A stretch of 64,000 nucleotides of DNA from a bacterium (lineage in GTDB: Bacteria > Electryoneota > Electryoneia > Electryoneales > Electryoneaceae). How positions within the stretch are numbered: the first letter of the stretch is position 1; each line of letters starts with the position of its first letter. Positions 18,411-27,444 of this stretch are shown piece by piece. Position numbers and translations under genes: made by a program. The notes under the pieces were generated by a model. The model searched no databases, was not told where the DNA came from, and saw nothing but the letters and a program-made list of their open reading frames with translations. The DNA is taken from the NCBI GenBank assembly GCA_020444265.1, contig JAHLLH010000014.1, positions 8,339 through 72,338 of the forward strand. The letters are read 5' to 3'.

Positions 18411-19985
18411 ATGCTTCGATTCAAATACATGCTTCCAGTTTTGCTGTTTGCCGCCCTGTTTGCGGTGGCGGGCTGCGGGAATTCCAGTGACAACCGTCCG
18501 ATGGAATCCGCTTCGCACGGTCATGATCATGGTGAAGCGGACGATCACGGGCACGAGCATGGCGAAGAAACAGGCCACGCCGAGGGGGACATGGAACGCC
18601 CCACCATTGCTGTGACTCAATGGACGGAGCAGATGGAATTGTTCATGGAGTACCCGGCGATGGTCGTCAACCAACCCGGTCGCTTCATCATCCACCTGAC
18701 CGTGCTGAATGGATTCCAACCTGTCCGTGAAGGATCGGTCCGTCTCCAGTTTATCTCGAGCGACGGACATGCTCATGATTTGATCGAAAATCAACTGTTG
18801 CGCGAGGGAATCTTTGCTCCCACCGTCTCCCTGCACGACACGGGCGACGCCGATTTCATCCTTACCTACAGCAGCCCGACTGTGCAGGACACTTTCCTGA
18901 TCGGCGGCTTCACCGTGTACCCATCAGTCTCGCAAATCCCGCATGAGGAAGAAGGGGGTGGGGATGAAATCGGGTTCCTGAAAGAGCAACAGTGGAAAAT
19001 CCCCTTCGCCACCGCCGAAGCGGAAGTCCGTGAGATCAAACGCTCGACCTGGGCGATTGGTGATGTTCTTCCTGATCCCAACGGCTACAGCGAGATCATC
19101 GCCCCTGTTGATGGGATCGTGCAAGTACTCGATGATGGTCACCTCGCGCTTCCCGGTTCGCGGGTGACACGAGGCGAAAAACTGGTCCGGATTCTCCCCC
19201 CCGTGCAGGGGAACAGTTGGGTAGCAGCGCGTCTCGCCTATGAACAGGCGGAAAAGGAATATGAACGCGCAAAGCGACTCCAGGAAAAGCAGGCCATCTC
19301 CGTTCGTGAATTTGAAGGGATTCGCAGCGACTACCTCGAGATGAAGGCGGGGTTTGAATCGCTGAACGGAAGCGCAAAATCGGATCGCCTCATCCTTGAA
19401 GCGCCAATCAATGGTACCGTGATCGACTGGCAAATTCGTCCCGGACAGCAGGTTACTGCCGGAACAAAACTGATGGCAATTGCCGATCCTTCCACAGTCT
19501 GGCTGCAAGTCAATGTGTATGAAGACGAGTACACTCAACTTGGTCGTCCAGTTGGCGCCTTCATCCGGACAGGGGGAGAAGGCCAGGGGTGGGTCGTTGG
19601 CGAAGCGGACATGAATGTTCTCACTACGGGCGGTGCCCTTGATCCGAAGACTCGCACCATCCCCGTCCTGCTTGAAATCGCCAACCGTGAAGGACGCTTG
19701 CGGATCAACGAATCCACTCCCGTTGAGCTGTACGCCTCACTGGGTAGCAGCTCTGTTGCGGTCCCACGCAGTGCCCTCTACGAGGATGAAGGGATGGATG
19801 TTGTCTTTGTCCAGGCGGGTGGAGAAGCCTTCGAAAAACGAGTGGTTCAGATTGGTCCCCATTACAATGACTGGGTATCGATCCTCTCTGGTATTGCGGA
19901 AGGGGAGCATGTCGTCACACGTGGCGGTTACCATGTCAAGCTCGCGTCCACTTCTGCCGAAATCGGTCATGGTCACGCTCACTGA
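18411..19985 (+). CDS. efflux RND periplasmic adaptor (CzcB/CusB-like membrane-fusion protein) with His-rich N- and C-termini
   Basis: N-terminal HGHDHGEADDHGHEHGEETGH, typical membrane-fusion beta-barrel and lipoyl motifs, and a C-terminal IGHGHAH. Confidence 0.85.
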   Translation: MLRFKYMLPVLLFAALFAVAGCGNSSDNRPMESASHGHDHGEADDHGHEHGEETGHAEGDMERPTIAVTQWTEQMELFMEYPAMVVNQPGRFIIHLTVLNGFQPVREGSVRLQFISSDGHAHDLIENQLLREGIFAPTVSLHDTGDADFILTYSSPTVQDTFLIGGFTVYPSVSQIPHEEEGGGDEIGFLKEQQWKIPFATAEAEVREIKRSTWAIGDVLPDPNGYSEIIAPVDGIVQVLDDGHLALPGSRVTRGEKLVRILPPVQGNSWVAARLAYEQAEKEYERAKRLQEKQAISVREFEGIRSDYLEMKAGFESLNGSAKSDRLILEAPINGTVIDWQIRPGQQVTAGTKLMAIADPSTVWLQVNVYEDEYTQLGRPVGAFIRTGGEGQGWVVGEADMNVLTTGGALDPKTRTIPVLLEIANREGRLRINESTPVELYASLGSSSVAVPRSALYEDEGMDVVFVQAGGEAFEKRVVQIGPHYNDWVSILSGIAEGEHVVTRGGYHVKLASTSAEIGHGHAH

Positions 19986-20014
19986 TCCAGCAACACACGT
20001 CGAAAGGAACCATC

Positions 20015-23000
20015 ATGTTAGATCGACTGATGCGGATCAGCCTGCGTAACCGACTCATTGTCCTGGTTGCTGCACTGGCGATCCTGATCGTTGGAACGCT
20101 CGTCACCTTAAACATGCCGGTGGATGTTTTCCCGGACTTGACAGCGCCTACGGTGACCATTCTGACCGAAGCACACGGAATGGCACCCGAGGAAGTGGAA
20201 AACCTGGTCACCTTCCCGATTGAGACTGTGGTCAACGGTGCTTCGGGAGTACGAAGGGTTCGGTCCAATTCCATCCAGGGACTCTCCACTGTTTGGGTGG
20301 AGTTTGACTGGGGGACAGACATCTATGTCGCCCGTCAGATCATCAACGAAAAACTGCAGATCATGCGGAACACTCTCCCCGGAGGGGTCGATCAGCCAGT
20401 TCTTGCGCCGATCACCTCGATCATGGGAGAAATTATGCTGGTCGGCCTGACCGCCGACACCACCTCCCCGATGGACCTCCGTACACTGGCGGAATTCACC
20501 GTGGGACGTCGGATTCAAGCGGTTCCCGGTGTTTCGCAGGTGCTGGTCTATGGCGGAGAAACCCGTCAGTACCAGGTTCTGGTTGATCCGTACAAGATCA
20601 CCGCTCGGGGGTTGACCTTAGATGAAGTTCTGGATGCGGTCCAGGAAGCAAACATTAACGCCACGGGTGGCCTGTTCATCTCCTCCGGGCAAGAATACCT
20701 GATTCGTGGTCTTGGACGGATCAACAACATCGCGGAGTTGAAGAAAACCGTCATCACCACCGAAGGCCATGTCCCGGTGCTGGTCGAGGATATCGCGGAT
20801 GTGGTGATTGGGCCTGCATTCCGTCTCGGGACAGCTTCGATTAACAACGAGAACGGCGTCCTACTGGTCATTGCGAAACAGCCCGAAGCGAACACTCTCA
20901 CTCTGACCGACAACATTCTGGAAACTCTTGATGGCCTTCGTGCATCGCTGCCCGTTGACATTTCCCTGCACACGGAGATTTTCCGGCAGTCGGATTTTAT
21001 TCAGACCGCCATTGACAATGTTCTGAGCGCATTGGGTGAGGGTGCGGTGCTGGTCACCATCATCCTTTTCCTCTTCCTGGTCAATGTCCGGACAACCGTT
21101 ATTTCCGTTCTTGCCATTCCCCTCTCGCTGGTCATTGCCTTCCTTTCACTGAAACTGCTGGGAATGTCGGTCAATACGATGACCCTCGGCGGCTTGGCGA
21201 TTGCGATTGGTGTCCTGGTAGATGACGCGATTATCTATGTGGAGAATGTCTACCGCCGCATCCGTCAGAATGCGGAAGTCCCGGAGGCGGATCGTCGTCC
21301 CTTCGTTGATGTTGTGGCCGATGCCTCCAGCGAAATCCGATCCCCGATCGCGATGGCAACCTTCATCGTAATCGTGGTCTTTATCCCTCTCTTTTTCCTG
21401 AGCGGGGTCGAAGGCCGGATGCTCAAGCCCCTCGGGTTTGCCTATGTAATCTCGATTCTCGCTTCGCTGCTGGTGGCAGTCACCGTAACCCCGGCGCTCA
21501 GCTCGTTTTTACTGCGGAACATCGATCAGAAGAAAGAGCATGGCGATAGCTGGTTCGTTCGACAGTTGAAAAAAGCCTACGAGCCGAGCCTTGTCTACTT
21601 CCTGAAGCACAAAGGGATCGTAATCGGTGTATCTGCTGCACTGGTGGTTCTTGCGATTAGCATCCTGCCTTTCTTCGGACGTTCTTTCCTGCCAGAGTTC
21701 AACGAGGGCACATTCAACATTTCTCTCGCCACCCTGCCGGGAACCTCACTCGAGGGATCACACGAGATTGGGGGGATGGTAGAGAGTATCCTCCTTTCAA
21801 ACGAGGCGGTGCTCTCAACCGCGAGGCGGACGGGACGTACCGAGTTGGATGAGCATTCGCTGGGTTCACACGCTCATGAACTTGAAGTGCAGGTCGATCT
21901 TAGCAACATCTCGAAACAGGAACTACTCGAGCAATTGCGATCTTCCCTCACAATGGTGCAGGGGACGAACATCACCATTGGTCAGCCGATTTCGCATCGG
22001 ATCGACCATATGCTTTCCGGGACACGTGCCGCTATCGCTGTAAAGCTCTTCGGACCTGACCTCTATTCGTTAAGGAGGTACGCTGAGCAGATCAGGCAGG
22101 AGATGGCCGAAGTGGAGGGCCTTGTCGACCTGTTTGTCGATCAGCAAACCGATGTCCCGCAGGTACGCATCACGGTGGACCGTGAACGGATGGCGATGTA
22201 CGGCCTTCGCTCTGCGGACTTGGACGAATTGATCGACGTAGCTTTCCTCGGTGCGAAAACATCCCAGGTGTATGAGGGCGATCACCGTTACGATCTGATC
22301 GTGCGGTACGCAGAGGATTACCGTGACGACCTCGAATCGATCCGGAACACCCTGATAGATGTTCCCACAGGCGGAGCGATTCCGCTGGAGATGGTGGCAA
22401 ATATCCGTGAAGACCGTGGCCCGAACTACATCAGCAGGGAGAACGTGCAACGGAAAATCGTTGTTCAGGCGAATGTGTCAGGACGGGACTTGCGGGGGGC
22501 GGTGGAAGAGATTCGGGAAAAGATCTCGACCAATCTCGATCTGCCACGTGGCTACCATGTCGAGTATGGCGGTCAGTTTGAGAGTGAGGAGCAGGCGACA
22601 CGGACCGTCTTACTGTTGAGCATCGTCTCGATTATCGCGATCCTCGTCGTCCTTTACCTCGAGTTCGGCAATTTCCGTCAGGCTTTCCTCGTCATGGTCA
22701 ACCTGCCCCTCGCCCTGATTGGAGGCATTGTCAGCATCTTCTTCACCGAGGGCATCATCTCCATCGCTTCCCTGGTCGGGTTCATCACCCTCTTCGGGAT
22801 AGCTGTGCGAAATGGGATCATGATGGTCTCCCATTACAATCACCTGATGAACCAGGAGGGGAAGACCCTGTACGAGGCGGTTGTGCAAGGCTCCATGGAA
22901 CGGCTGAGCCCGATCCTGATGACCGCGATGACCACCGGCCTCGCCCTGATTCCGCTTGCAATGGCTGCGGACAAACCGGGATCAGAACTGCAATCTCCCA

Positions 23001-23125
23001 TGGCTTTTGTCATCCTCGGCGGATTGCTTACTGCCACCTTCTTAAACCTCGCAGTCGTTCCCGCGATGTTCATGAAGTGGGGTGTCCAACCCGTGGATGA
23101 AGCAAAACACAAAGCGTATTTCTGA
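20015..23125 (+). CDS. CusA/CzcA-family heavy-metal efflux RND transporter
   Basis: 1036 aa with the heavy-metal-efflux RND architecture (two large periplasmic loops and the conserved GGLAIAIGVLVDDAIIYVEN motif). Confidence 0.9.
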   Translation: MLDRLMRISLRNRLIVLVAALAILIVGTLVTLNMPVDVFPDLTAPTVTILTEAHGMAPEEVENLVTFPIETVVNGASGVRRVRSNSIQGLSTVWVEFDWGTDIYVARQIINEKLQIMRNTLPGGVDQPVLAPITSIMGEIMLVGLTADTTSPMDLRTLAEFTVGRRIQAVPGVSQVLVYGGETRQYQVLVDPYKITARGLTLDEVLDAVQEANINATGGLFISSGQEYLIRGLGRINNIAELKKTVITTEGHVPVLVEDIADVVIGPAFRLGTASINNENGVLLVIAKQPEANTLTLTDNILETLDGLRASLPVDISLHTEIFRQSDFIQTAIDNVLSALGEGAVLVTIILFLFLVNVRTTVISVLAIPLSLVIAFLSLKLLGMSVNTMTLGGLAIAIGVLVDDAIIYVENVYRRIRQNAEVPEADRRPFVDVVADASSEIRSPIAMATFIVIVVFIPLFFLSGVEGRMLKPLGFAYVISILASLLVAVTVTPALSSFLLRNIDQKKEHGDSWFVRQLKKAYEPSLVYFLKHKGIVIGVSAALVVLAISILPFFGRSFLPEFNEGTFNISLATLPGTSLEGSHEIGGMVESILLSNEAVLSTARRTGRTELDEHSLGSHAHELEVQVDLSNISKQELLEQLRSSLTMVQGTNITIGQPISHRIDHMLSGTRAAIAVKLFGPDLYSLRRYAEQIRQEMAEVEGLVDLFVDQQTDVPQVRITVDRERMAMYGLRSADLDELIDVAFLGAKTSQVYEGDHRYDLIVRYAEDYRDDLESIRNTLIDVPTGGAIPLEMVANIREDRGPNYISRENVQRKIVVQANVSGRDLRGAVEEIREKISTNLDLPRGYHVEYGGQFESEEQATRTVLLLSIVSIIAILVVLYLEFGNFRQAFLVMVNLPLALIGGIVSIFFTEGIISIASLVGFITLFGIAVRNGIMMVSHYNHLMNQEGKTLYEAVVQGSMERLSPILMTAMTTGLALIPLAMAADKPGSELQSPMAFVILGGLLTATFLNLAVVPAMFMKWGVQPVDEAKHKAYF

Positions 23126-23141
23126 TTCACCCTGCTTGTGC

Positions 23142-23188
23142 ACGACACGTGTACCCCGGCTTGATTTCAAAGCTGGGGCACGTGTCGT
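23142..23188. terminator. bidirectional terminator hairpin between the convergent czcA and the FRD-like gene
   Basis: ACGACACGTGTACCCCGGCTT...AAGCTGGGGCACGTGTCGT, an imperfect inverted repeat. Confidence 0.5.
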
Positions 23189-23237
23189 TTCGGACAAAGA
23201 GATGCATCGCCAAGCGTTCACCTTTCATCGCAAGGAG

Positions 23238-24104
23238 TTAGAAAATCCAGGTGTATCCAAAGAGGGCGGCGACCACGATGTGAATAGCCAGGATGATGAA
23301 CATGACGATGGCGAAGGGACGGTGGATGACATGCCAGTAGTGAAGGATTTTCTGGGAGACCTGGAGGAAACGCATCCGTCGCTTGAGAAGGGTTCGCCGA
23401 CGAACCAGGTCGATGATATCCTTGATTTCCTTATTGCCGAGCGAGGCGCGCTTTTTCAATTCACCCCGTAACCCGGACAACGCAAGACGCAGCCGAACAT
23501 CCTGCCCGATCCAAGTGAAGATAGCTGCGAAACCAGTCTTCCGTTTCGAGACCGGGACAACATCCTCGTGCAGCTTCTCAATCAGTTCCTCGTCCACCCC
23601 GTGCACATCGCGGATCTGCCCCATCAACTCGTCATCGAGTTGTTCGAGCTGCTCGCCGGACATTGCGGCACCGGAGAGGCTGCGTGGAATCTGCAAGTAG
23701 ACATAGCGCCCGAGGAACCCCGACAGGGCCACCGCGAGCATTGACCAGAAGGCAATGGCGACAATGCCGCCGAACTTGAAGGTGGTGTGGAAAATGACCA
23801 GGATCGGCCCGGTGATGCCCATCCAGATATGGACATCCAGCCAGTGACGCAGGTTGCCCCAATCCTGCATGAAACGGAAGTGTTTCCGTGCGATGTAAAG
23901 CAGCAGCATTGACATCAGGATCGCCCCGGCGATGCCGAGCGCGTGCCCGATAAATCCTCCCGCCTTCCAGTCGGTGTGCAGGTCACTGTGGGGACGTTCT
24001 GTCAACGGAAGAGAGTAGTAATCCCAGCCGTGGTAGAGAATCCAGGCTACAACGATGCCGGTCAGGGAATAGAGAAAGATCATCAGAAAGCGGTGGAAGC
24101 GCAT
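23238..24104 (-). CDS. polytopic membrane protein with two bis-His pairs at 14-residue spacing (ferric-reductase-like di-heme-b fold); putative
   Basis: DVHIWMGITGPILVIFH and WHVIHRPFAIVMFIILAIH sit within predicted transmembrane helices. This resembles the His spacing of the FRD, MsrQ and YedZ superfamily. Confidence 0.45.
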   Translation of the reverse strand: MRFHRFLMIFLYSLTGIVVAWILYHGWDYYSLPLTERPHSDLHTDWKAGGFIGHALGIAGAILMSMLLLYIARKHFRFMQDWGNLRHWLDVHIWMGITGPILVIFHTTFKFGGIVAIAFWSMLAVALSGFLGRYVYLQIPRSLSGAAMSGEQLEQLDDELMGQIRDVHGVDEELIEKLHEDVVPVSKRKTGFAAIFTWIGQDVRLRLALSGLRGELKKRASLGNKEIKDIIDLVRRRTLLKRRMRFLQVSQKILHYWHVIHRPFAIVMFIILAIHIVVAALFGYTWIF

Positions 24105-24254
24105 TGGGGAAGATGCCTTTCAACTGGTTTTTTTCACAGCCACTACAATAAGGTACCCCAGCTTGTCTTGCCAAGCCGGGATTTCGTTTTGGTAAAAAGA
24201 GACCCGGCTTGCAAGTCAAGCCGGGGCACCCAGATTATGACCTTCTGTTTCCAG

Positions 24255-25877
24255 CTAGAGCCGGTACCCCACCTCAAGGTAGACACGGTTCGAGGCGAGG
24301 TTGTCGCCTCGGTACGCCTCGCCATAGACCGAGGTGTACCACGACCTTGCGAGGGTCATGCTCGCGCCCAGCTTGGCAAAGGAGTAGGTCACCTTCCCAC
24401 CCGCAGAAAGGTCATACCGACTTTGCCCGACCTGACCGTTCAGATAGACCGTGCGGAAGAGGTACCGTGTGAGCTGGAGCGAGGGCTGCATACCTGTGCT
24501 GTACCGATTCTCGAAGGTGTTGATCTGTGCGGTGATCTTCACCCCGCTGCCGAGCAGGTCACGTTGGCTGATCCCACCCAGCAAGGTACGTGTGTCCTGG
24601 CTGTCCCCTTCGCGTAGACGAAGGCCAGCACGTGTGAACAAGCGCATCCCGAAGGGGAAGATATAGCTCGCTCCTGCACGGTACCCTTGACGCAAGGCAT
24701 CGTCGAAGAGGCTGTCAGGCGTGTCACGGGTCTCATAGGTACGCACCTGGGTACGATTGTCATAGCCGATGTCCAACGAGAGGTCGTCCACCGGACGCCA
24801 TCGTCCCGTCAGCAGCAGATTGCTCATGCCGAACGATTGCCCTTCGACATCCTTCCGCCAGCCTCGATAGACCTCAAGCTCGCCACTCTGGTAGAGGCTC
24901 CAGGTCCGTCCCCCGCTCAGTTGAAGCTGTTCGTAGAGGTATTCCTGGCTGATGGTGCCCGAGTTGTACCGTCCCGCAAAAGCGAGGGTCGCAGCAAGAC
25001 GTGTCGTCTCCCAGCTTCCTCGTTCGATGGCCGCATACACTCCGCCTTTGGTCTCATCGGTGCCAGGACGTGAGGTGCGGTAGTCCGGCTGGGTTCCGGC
25101 AAACAGGCCGTATGAGAAACGTTCCTGCTGCTGCATCTCGAAGTGAAGTCCGTCGATGGTGCCTATGCCTGCGAAACGATTAGAGAGAATCCTGCCAGCG
25201 TTGTAGTGCAGCGGAGAGGATGGATTGTCGTATCCGAAAGAGACCTCGTAAACACGGTTGAACCATTCGCTCTGGGTATCGGGCGAGAGATCGGATGCGC
25301 GCTGAACGCGTCGGCTGCGGAAACGGAGATTCAGGGTGTAGTAAGAGTTGAAGAGGTTTTCGGCGCGGAGACGGCCTGTCAGGGAGGGCTCTGTGACATC
25401 GTAATTGGTCGCTTCGAGGTCGTCCTGAATCATTACCTGAACGCCGAGTCGGCCTGAAAGGCGTGCACGAGGACGTTCCTGCTCAACGGTCCTCACAACC
25501 TGACGCTTTGTCCCTGTGGACGGGGTAACTGCGACAGAATCCTCTTCGGTGACTTCGGCCTCTTCCGGCATAACCTCGCCACTTGCGGCGACGGTTGCAC
25601 GATCCCCCACTTGCACCGGACCACCTTCGACCAGCTTGCAGACAGCAGTTGTCCCCGCAAGATAGGTTACCTCGAGGGTGGCGACAGTCGACCCTTCGCG
25701 CTCGATCTGGACCCTATCACCTACCGCAATGCCCTGATCGCTGCCAGCATCGAGGTAGATGCCCGAGGCGGAGACATATTTTACCGTTGTCGCCAGATCA
25801 CTCGCCAGGGCGCTTCCCAAGCCACCCAGCAGTCCAATCAGCAAAACCAGCCAACCTGCTCTGAGAAAAACCTTCAT
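24255..25877 (-). CDS. outer-membrane beta-barrel protein (porin-like component of the cytochrome operon)
   Basis: Signal peptide, then 540 aa with an alternating hydrophobic and aromatic beta-strand pattern, rich in G, Y, R and T. Last gene of the multiheme cytochrome operon, 4 bp after MHC3. Confidence 0.65.
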   Translation of the reverse strand: MKVFLRAGWLVLLIGLLGGLGSALASDLATTVKYVSASGIYLDAGSDQGIAVGDRVQIEREGSTVATLEVTYLAGTTAVCKLVEGGPVQVGDRATVAASGEVMPEEAEVTEEDSVAVTPSTGTKRQVVRTVEQERPRARLSGRLGVQVMIQDDLEATNYDVTEPSLTGRLRAENLFNSYYTLNLRFRSRRVQRASDLSPDTQSEWFNRVYEVSFGYDNPSSPLHYNAGRILSNRFAGIGTIDGLHFEMQQQERFSYGLFAGTQPDYRTSRPGTDETKGGVYAAIERGSWETTRLAATLAFAGRYNSGTISQEYLYEQLQLSGGRTWSLYQSGELEVYRGWRKDVEGQSFGMSNLLLTGRWRPVDDLSLDIGYDNRTQVRTYETRDTPDSLFDDALRQGYRAGASYIFPFGMRLFTRAGLRLREGDSQDTRTLLGGISQRDLLGSGVKITAQINTFENRYSTGMQPSLQLTRYLFRTVYLNGQVGQSRYDLSAGGKVTYSFAKLGASMTLARSWYTSVYGEAYRGDNLASNRVYLEVGYRL

Positions 25878-25881
25878 CAGC

Positions 25882-27411
25882 TCACCGTTCTTTCGGGCTG
25901 TCTATGCGGGCGGGATGCAGGAGACGATCATCCTCGGCCCGTCCATCGGGATGGCAATCATAACAGGCGGCGCTGTCGTAGACATACCCCCCCACATCAT
26001 CGTGCTCATCGTTCATCTCGGACTGACTGTGCTCATGACATGAGATGCAGGTAAACACCTGGTAGTTGCTCGTATTCGGGTGACATTCGGAGCAACTGGC
26101 CCACTCGTTGCGATGTTCTCCCGAGTAGATCGGGAACCACTGGGAATCGTGGTTGAAGTTCGCATTGTCCCAGGAAATCGTATTGTGGCAGCTGTCGCAA
26201 TCCTGCGGGAAGCCCGCGGCAGCATGGTCTGGGTCCGTGGTGGTATTGTAGTCCGCCTCGTGACAAAAGAAGCAGTCCGAAGGGGTGTTGACATACCCCG
26301 CTGTATGGCAGAGGCTGCAATCGAGACCAACATGAGCCCCCGTCAGGGGAAAGTCGGTCTGCGAATGGTCAAAATCGGCATCGTCCCAGGTGACTGTCGA
26401 GTGGCATAATACACAATCAAGCGGGAAGTTTTCCTGCACATGATCGGGATCGGTCGTCCCCTCGAAATCGGCTTGGTGGCAAGCATAACACTCGGATGGT
26501 GTGCCAGTGTAACCAGATGCATGGCATTGGAGACAATCGAGGGGCTGGTGTGCACCAGTCAGCGGAAACGCAGTGTCGTGGTGATCAAAGACGATTCGAT
26601 CCCAACCGAGCGCCGTATGGCAGAGGACACAATCGGTTGGATACTGATCAGCAACATGGTTCGGGTCAGTCGTGCCCTCATAATCCGCCTGGTGACAGGC
26701 ATAGCAGGCGGAGCTACCGATGGTGTAGTCTCCGCCGGTATGGCACTCGACACAGACCAGCAGCGCATGCTGACCAACCAGCGGAAAACCTGTCCGGCCA
26801 TGGTCGAAGATCGACTCTTCCCACTTCTGCACCCCATGACAGCTGCTGCAATCGGCATCGAATCCTGCTTGCACATGGTTGGGGTTGGTGGTCGCCCGGT
26901 AGCTATCCCAGTGGCAGGTCTGGCACGTCGTCGAGAGGGCACGATACTGCCCGGAGGCATGGCACGCCTGGCAGTCCAGCGGCGCATGGACCCCGACCAA
27001 CGGGAACCGTGTCTCCTGGTGCATCAGGCGGAAACGGGACTCATCACTCCAGCCCAAAGGTGAATGGCACTCCTCGCAGGATCGTCCGAATTCGCCACGA
27101 TGGATGTCGGTGTGGCAGGCCGCGCAGTTCGTTGAAACGTCCAGAAAAACAGGATCCGTGTGACACAAGGCGCAGGCGACACCCTTGTGAAATCCTTCTA
27201 ACGGGTAGTTGGTGTCCCTGTCATGGTCGAAGCGCAGCACGGGCAGAAGCTGGTCCCATCCCTCGGTGCCATGGCAGGCGCTGCACTCGAGCTCCATATC
27301 GCCGTGTGGGTTGGTCCCGGTCTGCAACGGCGTGGCGTCAGCAACTCCGACCAGCAGCCCCAACATCAGCACGACGAGGGGGGATCGTCTTGATGTCAAC
27401 AATCGTTTCAT
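25882..27411 (-). CDS. multiheme c-type cytochrome, about 19 CxxCH motifs (MHC3; paralog of the C-terminal part of MHC2)
   Basis: Signal peptide. I counted 19 CxxCH motifs. The C-terminal ~110 aa are nearly identical to the MHC2 C-terminus (...SDCFFCHE.DYN...QWFPIYSGEHRNEW.SCSECHPN...FTCISCHEH...ACYDCHPDGRAEDDRLL). Confidence 0.9.
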   Translation of the reverse strand: MKRLLTSRRSPLVVLMLGLLVGVADATPLQTGTNPHGDMELECSACHGTEGWDQLLPVLRFDHDRDTNYPLEGFHKGVACALCHTDPVFLDVSTNCAACHTDIHRGEFGRSCEECHSPLGWSDESRFRLMHQETRFPLVGVHAPLDCQACHASGQYRALSTTCQTCHWDSYRATTNPNHVQAGFDADCSSCHGVQKWEESIFDHGRTGFPLVGQHALLVCVECHTGGDYTIGSSACYACHQADYEGTTDPNHVADQYPTDCVLCHTALGWDRIVFDHHDTAFPLTGAHQPLDCLQCHASGYTGTPSECYACHQADFEGTTDPDHVQENFPLDCVLCHSTVTWDDADFDHSQTDFPLTGAHVGLDCSLCHTAGYVNTPSDCFFCHEADYNTTTDPDHAAAGFPQDCDSCHNTISWDNANFNHDSQWFPIYSGEHRNEWASCSECHPNTSNYQVFTCISCHEHSQSEMNDEHDDVGGYVYDSAACYDCHPDGRAEDDRLLHPARIDSPKER

Positions 27412-27444
27412 CGGGTTTCGATGTTCATCCGAATCATCTCTCGT

